Shown here one piece after another: positions 9,922 to 18,463 of a stretch of DNA of 64,000 nucleotides. Source of the stretch: a virus (taxonomy: Duplodnaviria; Caudoviricetes); IMG/VR virus record IMGVR_UViG_3300023047_000002; one strand, written 5' to 3'. The position numbers and the translations under genes are program-made. A model generated the notes under the pieces. It was not told where the DNA came from. It made no database searches and worked only from the letters and a program-made list of their open reading frames with translations. Positions within the stretch are counted from its first letter, which is position 1. Each line of letters begins with the position of its first letter.

Positions 9922-10992
9922 ATGTTGATTAAGAAAAAAAAGCAAGAAGCTCGTCGTTCATGGACAGGTGAAGACATTGCACGTCTTCACAAAGAAAGTT
10001 CCTATGGTCGAAATCGTCGTGTTCGTCGTTATGAAGCTGACGATGATAACGATAAACCTATTGAGACTCCGTCTGAGTTCTCAAACAAGCAGTCTTACAC
10101 AAATTTCGTCAAGCACCTGTTGGATGGTGTAAATGACGACAAAGCAAAAGCGTGGATTGATTATGCTTTTGGTGGAAAGAATGGCGATATAACCTTTACC
10201 GCAGAAGCTGAGAAAGGTTATGATGTTCATTCATTGTACCCGACACAGAATTTCATCGGTCTTGAAAATTCCATTGGTTTTACTGTGAACAATCCTGATA
10301 AAGCCAAAGACAGCTTCCGTAAGATGCTCATGGAAGACCGTCCTGAGATTAAGGCAGGTTCTGCCATTTGGATTTTTGAGGGTAAGTACATCATTGATGG
10401 ACATCACCGTTGGTCTCAGGTTTATGCTTTCAATCCGAATGCAAAAGTCGTTGCGGTCAATTTCAAGTGTTCTGAGAAACTTCAACCTAAACAAGCACTG
10501 GCTGCTGTCCAGGGTGTCATTGCTTCAGTTACAGGTAAAGTACCTATCGCAACAAGCAAGGTTGATGGAAAGGATAATGTAACTGCATCGAACGTTCTGA
10601 AAGACAGCGATACCACAATGTTAAAAGCCGCACAGGTTTGTTTGGAGTCTTCACCTGCTCACGACGAGTTTAACAAACTTTGTGATGAAGTGCTTGAAAC
10701 TGGAGAAGGTGCGTCAACTCGCATTTCACGTATTGACGCAAAGTTCGATGACAATTCAAGCGGATCTAAAGTTCTAACTTATGCAGTGAACAATTGCCTT
10801 GCTCTTAAATCAGGCAACAATGCTGTCGAGGGTGCACCTGATCGTGAGTATATGCCTCAGACGGATGGTGGAAAGGGTGCTCCTGCCGATATTCCTGACC
10901 AAGTAAAGAAGACACTTGGCTCTGGTGTTGATGACGTCGTTAAAAATGTTGAACACCGTATCCCGAAAGCCATTCGTAAGCGTTACATGTGA
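9922..10992 (+). CDS. ParB/Srx-like domain protein with MLIK N-terminal motif
   Basis: YIIDGHHRW motif; start moved to 9922 (GGAGG RBS, MLIKKKKQEA). Confidence 0.65.
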   Translation: MLIKKKKQEARRSWTGEDIARLHKESSYGRNRRVRRYEADDDNDKPIETPSEFSNKQSYTNFVKHLLDGVNDDKAKAWIDYAFGGKNGDITFTAEAEKGYDVHSLYPTQNFIGLENSIGFTVNNPDKAKDSFRKMLMEDRPEIKAGSAIWIFEGKYIIDGHHRWSQVYAFNPNAKVVAVNFKCSEKLQPKQALAAVQGVIASVTGKVPIATSKVDGKDNVTASNVLKDSDTTMLKAAQVCLESSPAHDEFNKLCDEVLETGEGASTRISRIDAKFDDNSSGSKVLTYAVNNCLALKSGNNAVEGAPDREYMPQTDGGKGAPADIPDQVKKTLGSGVDDVVKNVEHRIPKAIRKRYM

Positions 10993-11033
10993 GCAATCAA
11001 TTTAAAGAAAAGTTCTTTTGTTGCTTGACGTTT

Positions 11034-11067
11034 AAAGGCTCATGTACTCAAATACATGAGCCTTTTT
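11034..11067 (+). terminator. Rho-independent terminator
   Basis: AAAGGCTCATGTA-ctcaaa-TACATGAGCCTTTTT. Confidence 0.8.
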
Positions 11068-11074
11068 GTCTTAA

Positions 11075-11114
11075 TGGTGCTGTTGTGAGTAAATCGTTTA
11101 TTTTGTTGTAAGTT
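11075..11114 (+). promoter_or_regulatory. TGGTGCT-box promoter
   Basis: TGGTGCT-N27-TAAGTT. Confidence 0.55.
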
Positions 11115-11164
11115 CTTCTTGATTTTTTAGTACTGTTTCTCTTGTCATAGAAGGACGTTAAAAT

Positions 11165-11428
11165 ATGTTGAACTCGCCAGCAGCTGTTGCACATAAATTG
11201 AATGAACTAGCACCCAACATAGGTATTGGTTATCAGGAACGTAAACGTATGGTGGACACACGTCTTTTCCTTTTCGGTATGTTTGTACTTGACATCACTG
11301 CATTGGGAGAATGGATGGAAGCGAATTACCCTGAATACCGTGATAAATCTCTTGAGCATTTTTTGTTGGATAAAGATGCCGAACACATCAACGAGTGGAA
11401 AGAACTTCTTGGTATCAGTGAAAATTAG
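11165..11428 (+). CDS. Hypothetical protein
   Basis: 87-aa ORF between two promoters, AAGGA RBS. Confidence 0.6.
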   Translation: MLNSPAAVAHKLNELAPNIGIGYQERKRMVDTRLFLFGMFVLDITALGEWMEANYPEYRDKSLEHFLLDKDAEHINEWKELLGISEN

Positions 11429-11430
11429 TG

Positions 11431-11470
11431 TGGTGCTGATACTCAAGTTCTACATAAATTGTGGTAGAGT
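11431..11470 (+). promoter_or_regulatory. TGGTGCT-box promoter
   Basis: TGGTGCT-N27-TAGAGT with TGTGG extension. Confidence 0.65.
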
Positions 11471-11506
11471 CATACTTGCGTTTTTCTTTTTGTTTGGTGG
11501 TGTATT

Positions 11507-12373
11507 ATGGCAAAAAGCACAAAGTCAACGGAATCCAATCGTGACGTTCTTGAGAAAATCGACCAAGTGACACGGATAAAGTTCAGAAAGGCAGCTCTTC
11601 ATAGTATGGGCGGTATCCCTGAACACAACAGACCTACACATGACGAACTGAATAGAATGCTTGTCATTGAGAGAGAGCGGTTTTTATCTATGCTGTCAAG
11701 GGATACTGTTACGGTATGGCTCTATAACAAGCCGGTACTGAGAGGTCTTATTTATGCTCTTCTTATGATGTACACTGATAATGATGGTGATTGCTTTCCT
11801 CCTGCTATGGATGGATTCTCTTATGTCGATGATGCACAAATACTTGACCACTCGTTTTCTTCCGGAGACTTTTGGTTTCCGTCAGAGTGTATGTGTGTTG
11901 TCATGTTGGGCGTTGCGAAACGCAATAGTTATCTGACAGAGATAATCAATTCTTTTGTTCGCAGAAGGATGGTTGTTAAAAAGCAGCGAACGATTTTTTT
12001 GTTTGAGGGTACACGGAACGATTTTGCACGTCTTTATGGCGAAGTTTCGTCTTTTGAACTCAACAGAGATTCTTATATCATCGACTGGAACGAACGTGCT
12101 TCTGAAAACAGTAACTCGGCACGTCATATAGAAGAAGGTCAGAGGTCGTTTACAGAGAAGTCCGCTTCTGTTGCGTCAAAAGAATTTAATGGTGATTCTG
12201 AGATTCATTTACGTTCCGATACCTCAACGAAGAAATCAGCACTCAAATCTGGAAACACTAAATCTAAAGGTCGTACTAAAAAAGACACATCGTCTCGTAT
12301 TGAACTTGATGACTACAAGCCACAGGAATCTGAGATTCCTGAGCGTAAGTCAAAGACATCCACAATTTTTTAA
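11507..12373 (+). CDS. Hypothetical replication-region protein, possibly a degenerate DnaC/IstB-like loader
   Basis: VVMLG..YLTEIINSFVRRR..RTIFL resembles the DnaC C-terminal half; no Walker A; lies upstream of the helicase. Confidence 0.3.
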   Translation: MAKSTKSTESNRDVLEKIDQVTRIKFRKAALHSMGGIPEHNRPTHDELNRMLVIERERFLSMLSRDTVTVWLYNKPVLRGLIYALLMMYTDNDGDCFPPAMDGFSYVDDAQILDHSFSSGDFWFPSECMCVVMLGVAKRNSYLTEIINSFVRRRMVVKKQRTIFLFEGTRNDFARLYGEVSSFELNRDSYIIDWNERASENSNSARHIEEGQRSFTEKSASVASKEFNGDSEIHLRSDTSTKKSALKSGNTKSKGRTKKDTSSRIELDDYKPQESEIPERKSKTSTIF

Positions 12374-12394
12374 CACGGAACACAGGAGTTTAAA

Positions 12395-13462
12395 ATGCAG
12401 GGGTTCTCGCTTAAAAGCAACATGGAATTTGTCAAAAAGTCATTACCTATCCCTTTCGGGTTTTTACGCGGCGGCATAAAGAAGATTTCATTCATCAATG
12501 AAGCACTTGAAGTAACGTTGGTCGAAAAAATCCACGATGGAACATGTGACGGATTCCTCATACCGGGTAGCCTAGTTCGGAAGAAAATTCTACCTGTCAT
12601 TGGTTTGACCGGACTTCTTTTGAAAGACTACCTTAATGACAATATTGGCACTTATTCAGATGCTATACAGAGTGTCGTTATTGAAAGTATTATGTTTAAC
12701 ATCAATCATTTCATCTTTTACATTCCTGCACATTCTGTTGAAGCTGTTGACGTTCTCCCCATGTTCAATAAAGACTTGTCTCCGATGGGTGAGGATTTCA
12801 CTGATTTGCAGTCAAATTATGAGAAGTATACACCATTGTCGTATATTACTGGATTGTTTGCACCTAAAGACGATGAGAATGCACTTAAATTCGTTCCGTC
12901 AGGTGTCAACGTGACGTATTACAACTGTTCTGATGACAAATTCGAGATGGATTTTTCAGCCGATGACCCTGACACTGATGAGGATTGGTCAAGATGTTTT
13001 ACTTTAAAAATGCCTGTTTCCTCTTCAGTTCCACAGAGTCTTACTGGATACCTTTGTAGACCTTCTTTCCCTGTTGACATAACTTTCACATCGAATTTCG
13101 TAAAGGGTAAATATGAGTCTCTTACGCACAATGAACGATTCGATGTGCTGACGACTTATCGAAAGCAACTATCTCCTGACAGCGAAGCAAACTGGTTTGA
13201 TGCATTGAACAGCACGCTTGATTGGGATAAATGTTCGGGTAAGGCTTTTGAGTTTTTTCAGTACGTACAACAAAATATGGTAACAAGATGTGAGAGTAGA
13301 CAGTGCACCTTTGAAGAACTGAGTACTGAACTCAGGTCTGCGTGGTCAGAATGGAAAACAAGTGACTCGTTGGGTAAGAATGTAGGTAAGTGCCTTGGGT
13401 ATATGGTTTCATGGTTTCGTTTTGGATGTCGTACTTGCGAGCATTTACCTAAGGATATCTGA
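12395..13462 (+). CDS. Hypothetical protein
   Basis: 355-aa ORF, GGAG RBS, C-terminal C..CxxC. Confidence 0.65.
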   Translation: MQGFSLKSNMEFVKKSLPIPFGFLRGGIKKISFINEALEVTLVEKIHDGTCDGFLIPGSLVRKKILPVIGLTGLLLKDYLNDNIGTYSDAIQSVVIESIMFNINHFIFYIPAHSVEAVDVLPMFNKDLSPMGEDFTDLQSNYEKYTPLSYITGLFAPKDDENALKFVPSGVNVTYYNCSDDKFEMDFSADDPDTDEDWSRCFTLKMPVSSSVPQSLTGYLCRPSFPVDITFTSNFVKGKYESLTHNERFDVLTTYRKQLSPDSEANWFDALNSTLDWDKCSGKAFEFFQYVQQNMVTRCESRQCTFEELSTELRSAWSEWKTSDSLGKNVGKCLGYMVSWFRFGCRTCEHLPKDI

Positions 13463-13475
13463 TGCCTGTTTGTGA

Positions 13476-13516
13476 TGGTGCTGTGACGTTATGCGTGTAA
13501 CGTCACAGTGTATAGT
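13476..13516 (+). promoter_or_regulatory. TGGTGCT-box promoter upstream of the helicase, with an inverted repeat in the spacer
   Basis: TGGTGCT-N28-TATAGT; CTGTGACGTTA/TAACGTCACAG inverted repeat. Confidence 0.65.
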
Positions 13517-13561
13517 ACGTAGATACTGACCTTACGAAACTTAAACAGACAGGTTATTGAA

Positions 13562-15106
13562 ATGCATGAAACTCAATCAAGCAAGGAAGCATTACAAGAC
13601 ATTCAGACAGAAGTTAAAACGTGTTTCTTGAATGTCTTACGCTCATGCTTCGGAGAGAAATCTGAACAGCTATTTTTACAGGTTAAACGTCTTTGCAGAG
13701 TAGACTTTCAGGACATACTGAATTCTGAAATTGCTTACAACGCTTATGATATCCTTTGCTTTATGAAAGCATCGTTTGAGCAGATGGACACGTTTCCATC
13801 TGCTGCGTCTTTCGCTTCAAGGTATCCTGACTACAAAGGCATTACCCCACTTCAAGGTAGACTTCCCAAGGAATTTGAAGAGGATGTTTCAAGGATAGAG
13901 CGTTTTACGCAGCATTCAAATTTTGCGCGAAAGATGTTCTCTATCGCAAGCGATGTTCGTCTTCGTGGTATCACTACTGAGACACTAGCCCTTGTACAAG
14001 ATATGTATGAGGAAACACACAAGGGTTCATCCTCTAAAGACAGGGACTACAAAAAGGAAGTTCAGGAGAATGCTAAAGAAGGGTTCTACCGTCTGTATGT
14101 CGATCCCGTTGACCGTCTAACCAGAGGTTTCCATAAAGGTTATATAACGACGATTGCAGCTTACGCTGGCGGTTGTAAAACCACATGGGCATTGAACGCA
14201 GCATTACACAATGCTCTTGAAGGTCTGCATGTCGTTTATATGTCGTTTGAAGTAGCATCTGACCAAATGTGGGCGAAGCTGATGTCTGTTTATTCATTCA
14301 TAAATGAAAGCCCTATCGGTACACGTAATGCAATCCCATTTCAGGATATTCTTTCTGATGACCTTACACATGAACAACGTAAGAATCTTGATATACTTGA
14401 TGCATCGTGGAAGCAGAAAATTCAGCCAAATCTAACGTTACTTGATGAATCGGACATTGCTGAAACTGATATGGAAGAAGAGTCTGTACGACAGCTTCTG
14501 TATCGTATAGACGACAAACATCCAATTGATTTGATCATCATCGACCATATTACCTTCTTAAAGTTTTACAACGGTCATGGACGTAATCCATCGTCCAAGG
14601 ATGAGTATGGGAAGTTGAACAACTACGTTGCCTTTTTTAGAAAGCTCGCGACCACATTTAGAATAAAGGAAGGAAAGCCTCAGAAAATAGGCGTAATCCT
14701 GCTTAGCCAGATTAACCGAAAAGGGTACGAAGCAGCATTGAAAAGCATGGATACAGATAGCAAGAACGTTCAAGGTAAGTACACCATGACTGCTCTTGCG
14801 GAGGCAAATGAGCTTGACCGTTCCTCTGGATATGTCCTGTCGATTTTCAGAAATGCAAGTTCAGACACTGCATTGATTCAATTGCTGAAAAACCGTAACG
14901 GTGATACTTGTGAAGATGGAGTTACTGCGACAACACAATTAAAGTATGGAGTCTTTGGAGACACCATAACCATGTCAAATGAAGATTTCAGGCGTGAGGT
15001 TCGCTCAAATAAAAAGTCACAGGAGACACCTTCTGATGACTTGAACGCAAACTCATTGGAGTGGAGCAATATATTTGAGTCAGAAGAAGACTTGTTTAAA
15101 ATTTAA
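13562..15106 (+). CDS. dnaB: DnaB-like replicative helicase
   Basis: Walker A AYAGGCKTT, YMSFEV, IIIDHI, LLSQINR, LLKNRNG. Confidence 0.9.
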   Translation: MHETQSSKEALQDIQTEVKTCFLNVLRSCFGEKSEQLFLQVKRLCRVDFQDILNSEIAYNAYDILCFMKASFEQMDTFPSAASFASRYPDYKGITPLQGRLPKEFEEDVSRIERFTQHSNFARKMFSIASDVRLRGITTETLALVQDMYEETHKGSSSKDRDYKKEVQENAKEGFYRLYVDPVDRLTRGFHKGYITTIAAYAGGCKTTWALNAALHNALEGLHVVYMSFEVASDQMWAKLMSVYSFINESPIGTRNAIPFQDILSDDLTHEQRKNLDILDASWKQKIQPNLTLLDESDIAETDMEEESVRQLLYRIDDKHPIDLIIIDHITFLKFYNGHGRNPSSKDEYGKLNNYVAFFRKLATTFRIKEGKPQKIGVILLSQINRKGYEAALKSMDTDSKNVQGKYTMTALAEANELDRSSGYVLSIFRNASSDTALIQLLKNRNGDTCEDGVTATTQLKYGVFGDTITMSNEDFRREVRSNKKSQETPSDDLNANSLEWSNIFESEEDLFKI

Positions 15107-15126
15107 AGATGCATCGGAGGTAATCA

Positions 15127-15555
15127 ATGGCAACACTTGACCCAGCACAGTATACGTTCATAAAAAAGGTTGAAGAGGGAATCCGTCGATGGCTTCTTCC
15201 TGATACTTTAGAACCGATAGAGATTATCGCCATAACCGAAAATACATCACCTGATGAAATTTCACATCTGTACACGTCTGTCATGCAGCAGATGCAAGAT
15301 TTTTCTCGTTCCGTTCTTGAACTTCGTAAAATCTCAGCAGGGCTTAGAGGACAAATGAACATTGCCGCTGCACAGGGGAATGAAGCACAGTATGAGCTGT
15401 ACAGAATGAAGTCAAGCATTGACCGGTTGCTCGCTACCATAGACAACTACGTTGAAGCATATAGTGGTCATCTTGAAACTCTCAAGACCATTGCACGAGG
15501 TCTAAACAGTGAGTGTTATCTTTACAATCAGCGGTTTGCCGCTTACAATTTCTAA
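15127..15555 (+). CDS. Hypothetical helical protein
   Basis: 142-aa ORF with GGAGG RBS. Confidence 0.6.
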   Translation: MATLDPAQYTFIKKVEEGIRRWLLPDTLEPIEIIAITENTSPDEISHLYTSVMQQMQDFSRSVLELRKISAGLRGQMNIAAAQGNEAQYELYRMKSSIDRLLATIDNYVEAYSGHLETLKTIARGLNSECYLYNQRFAAYNF

Positions 15556-15788
15556 GACAGGAGATCATTACCTTGAAAAACGACAACTCACAGAATGCAC
15601 AGGTATTCAGTTACTTGCGTTCAAGTCAGCCTTGGTACAGAGAGCAGAAGAAGTGTAGTGAAGAGTTCGACCGTCTTGTTGACCGTGTGTCACATATTAC
15701 GGACTTAATCGACCAAAAAGTAAAAGCACTCGGATATGCAACCTATGAAACGAATACCGATGGGAGAAATTCAAATGACAGACAGTAA
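15513..15788 (+). CDS. Small hypothetical protein (start probably further downstream)
   Basis: Fills the gap in the operon; GGAG at about 15560 precedes a TTG. Confidence 0.4.
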   Translation: MLSLQSAVCRLQFLRQEIITLKNDNSQNAQVFSYLRSSQPWYREQKKCSEEFDRLVDRVSHITDLIDQKVKALGYATYETNTDGRNSNDRQ

Positions 15789-16503
15789 GTCCTGCAAAAC
15801 TGATTTAGATTTTTCCGTACAAGAAGTCACTAAAGAACAGTCAACCCTTAGTACGTACCCTAAAGTCATCATAACCTGTCCATCATTTGAAGTGATCACA
15901 CCGTTAGATGGCCTGTATATTTTGAAGTACATTGAAGAAATAGGAAGGACTTGTTATCAGTCTTATCGCAACACGAAAGATGATTCATGTTATGACTTTG
16001 TTCGGATGCTCATCAGACGTGGACATGAATCTATGCTTGAGCACTTTTCCTTTTCTGTTCGATTTGTTGTTGACCGTGCAGTTCAGAACGAGCTCGTCAG
16101 GCATCGGTTGAGTTCATTAGCGGTTGAGTCATCCAGGTATGTTAATTATTCTCTTGAGAAGAACGGAGGCGTGATACGTGTAATTTGTCCACCACAAATC
16201 AAATATGGTACTGTTGAGTACGACATGTGGGTTGCGTCAATGCAAAAAAGTTCCGACACCTACTTTGAGTTATTGAAAACAACTACACCAGAAATCGCAC
16301 GAAGCGTGCTTCCACTGGCTCTGAAAACGGAGATGGTTATGTCGGCTAACTTACGACAATGGCGTAACGTGTTCAAACTACGATGTGATAATGCAGCACA
16401 TCCACAGATGCGTATGCTTATGCTACCACTGCTTAGCTATGTTAAGAAGCAGATTCCCGTCGTTTTCGATGATCTTGACTACCCGGAAGAGCTTGAACTT
16501 TAG
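15736..16503 (+). CDS. thyX: Flavin-dependent thymidylate synthase
   Basis: GRTCYQS, GHESMLEH, ELVRHRLSSLAVESSRY, ARSVLP, NLRQWR, AHPQMR. Confidence 0.95.
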   Translation: MQPMKRIPMGEIQMTDSKSCKTDLDFSVQEVTKEQSTLSTYPKVIITCPSFEVITPLDGLYILKYIEEIGRTCYQSYRNTKDDSCYDFVRMLIRRGHESMLEHFSFSVRFVVDRAVQNELVRHRLSSLAVESSRYVNYSLEKNGGVIRVICPPQIKYGTVEYDMWVASMQKSSDTYFELLKTTTPEIARSVLPLALKTEMVMSANLRQWRNVFKLRCDNAAHPQMRMLMLPLLSYVKKQIPVVFDDLDYPEELEL

Positions 16504-16535
16504 TCGTACAACGCAACAACCTGTGTTTTGTTTCT

Positions 16536-16570
16536 GAAAAAGAGCCGAAAACCCTCCACGGCTCTTTTTC
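16536..16570. terminator. Hairpin, probable terminator
   Basis: GAAAAAGAGCCG ... CGGCTCTTTTTC. Confidence 0.55.
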
Positions 16571-16609
16571 ATTATGCACCACCACAAACCATTCATTGAT
16601 GAGGTGTCT

Positions 16610-18361
16610 ATGAGTAAAGATTGCCTAAGCATTTCAGTCCTGAAAAAGAATAATTCCGTTGTCCCATTTGACGGAGATAAAATAAAATCTGCGATACGTA
16701 AATCTGCTGAACGTGTGAATGTTACTATGACCACAGAACAGGAAGACTTCGTTGTTTCTTATGTTGAAAATCTTTGTCCTGTGAATGAGCCTGTACAGGT
16801 GAAGGCGTTGCATAATTATGTCGAGTGTGCCCTTGATTCAGTGAACACAGAAGTAGCACGCTCTTATCGTGAGTATCGCAATTACAAGACGCAGTTCGTT
16901 AAGATGCTTGATCAGGTATACCGAAAGAAGCTCGAACTTTCAGACAAGCGGGACGCATCGAATGCCAATGCCGATTCTGACCTTATTACAACTCAGAAAG
17001 CAATCGCATACGCTGAATTGAATGGCGAGCTTTACAAACGGTTCTTCCTGACGGACGAGGAAAACAAAGCACAGGAAGACGGGTATATTTACATCCATGA
17101 CAAAGGCGCAAGACTAGATACCACGAATTGTTTCAGTAGGAATACACGCTTTATCACGTCTGCTGGCATCCGTTCGTTCAATGACTTTGTTGACGGTGAC
17201 ACGGTGCAGGTGTTATCGCATCGCGGTCTGTGGCGTATTGGGACAGTTCATTGCTTTGGTGAGCAGGAGACTCAGATCGTCACGTTCGTAAATGAGGACA
17301 TGTCTGTAAGGCATACCGTTGAATGCACTCCCAACCATAGGTGGATACTCTCTGACAGTAGCATTACAACTGAGCTTAAAAAGGACGATGTCTTAGTCAA
17401 ATCACCATGCGACATAGAGGGCAGGATTACACAGTTTCGTGGCGTTGTTTGGACAGTAGAAGACATTGAGAAAACAGACAGAGTTGAACCCGTATGGTGT
17501 CTTACGGTGGATACGGATCATTCATTCGTTCTTGAATCAGGCATCCCGACTGGCAACTGTTGTTTGTTTGACATGAAATCCCTTTTGAAAGGCGGTTTTC
17601 GTATGGGCAACATAAGTTATCGTGAGCCGAAGACAGCCGGAACAGCATTGTCTCTTATCGCTGATATCGCATTGAATGCAGGTGCAAGTCAGTACGGTGG
17701 TTTCACAATATCGGAGATTGACAAACTGCTTGAGCCGTATGCACATGAATCATACGACCGTTATTATGCTGAGTATGTTGAACTTACTGGTAAAAAAGAT
17801 CCGATGGGTGCAACGATTTATGCGAATAAAAAGTTACGTCAAGAACTTGAAGATGGTGCGATTGCCATTGAATGTAAATGGAATTCATGTTCTACGGCTC
17901 GCGGCGATTATCCCTTCACGTCCATCTCGTTCGGTTTGTCAAGAGACCGTTTAGGTCAAATGGTGACATCGGCTTTTTTAAAGGTTCGTAAAGAAGGTGC
18001 TGGAACCTCTGACCATATTCCCGTTCTGTTCCCCAAACTGACGTTTCTTTATGACGAGGATATGCACGGAGCAGGTAAGGAACAGGAATGGCTTTTCAAG
18101 GAAGCCGTTGAATGCACACAAAGGGCGCAGTATCCTGATTTCCTCTCGATGACAGGCGACGGTTATGCACCTTCGATGTATAAGAAATATGGCGTGTCTA
18201 TTAGCCGTATGGGATGTAGAGCCAACCTGTCCCCGTGGTATGAGATGGGTGGTCAGGAACCCGCTGATGACTTGTATGAAATTGAATATGACGATGGTAC
18301 AAAGGAGATTGTTCAAAAAGGCTTCTTGATCGGTGATCAGAAAGTTGAAGATATGGTGTAG
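16610..18361 (+). CDS. nrdD: Anaerobic ribonucleoside-triphosphate reductase, N-terminal fragment (ATP cone, mini-intein)
   Basis: ATP cone (VVPFDGDKIKSAI), NANADS, YIYIHD, N|CCL, QYGG, FPKL, YPD, finger-loop MGCR; ends after GGQEPAD plus an acidic tail; start 16610 from GAGGT RBS. Confidence 0.93.
   Translation: MSKDCLSISVLKKNNSVVPFDGDKIKSAIRKSAERVNVTMTTEQEDFVVSYVENLCPVNEPVQVKALHNYVECALDSVNTEVARSYREYRNYKTQFVKMLDQVYRKKLELSDKRDASNANADSDLITTQKAIAYAELNGELYKRFFLTDEENKAQEDGYIYIHDKGARLDTTNCFSRNTRFITSAGIRSFNDFVDGDTVQVLSHRGLWRIGTVHCFGEQETQIVTFVNEDMSVRHTVECTPNHRWILSDSSITTELKKDDVLVKSPCDIEGRITQFRGVVWTVEDIEKTDRVEPVWCLTVDTDHSFVLESGIPTGNCCLFDMKSLLKGGFRMGNISYREPKTAGTALSLIADIALNAGASQYGGFTISEIDKLLEPYAHESYDRYYAEYVELTGKKDPMGATIYANKKLRQELEDGAIAIECKWNSCSTARGDYPFTSISFGLSRDRLGQMVTSAFLKVRKEGAGTSDHIPVLFPKLTFLYDEDMHGAGKEQEWLFKEAVECTQRAQYPDFLSMTGDGYAPSMYKKYGVSISRMGCRANLSPWYEMGGQEPADDLYEIEYDDGTKEIVQKGFLIGDQKVEDMV
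17129..17557 (+). mobile_element. Mini-intein in NrdD at the NCC motif (143 aa)
   Basis: DTTN|CFSRNT..CTPNHRW..VWCLTV..SGIPTGN|CCLFD. Confidence 0.9.
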
Positions 18362-18375
18362 TCGTGTTAAACTGC

Positions 18376-18456
18376 AAAAAGGGCTAGGTCGGCCAACCGA
18401 AAAGAAGCCTTATCCACTTCCTGCCCTTTTTCTCTGTGGATAGCGTGTTGAGGATA
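18376..18456 (+). promoter_or_regulatory. Structured RNA leader of the homing endonuclease gene (three-way junction plus possible pseudoknot)
   Basis: AAAAAGGGC/GCCCTTTTT closing stem, TCGG-ccaa-CCGA and GAAG-..-CTTC hairpins; loop TATCCA complementary to TGGATA (18437-42) and partly to the SD region GGATA. Confidence 0.5.
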
Positions 18457-18463
18457 GAGCACC

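Noticed and set aside
18376-18431. Hammerhead ribozyme
   Set aside because: Has a stem followed by GAAA but lacks the CUGANGA core.
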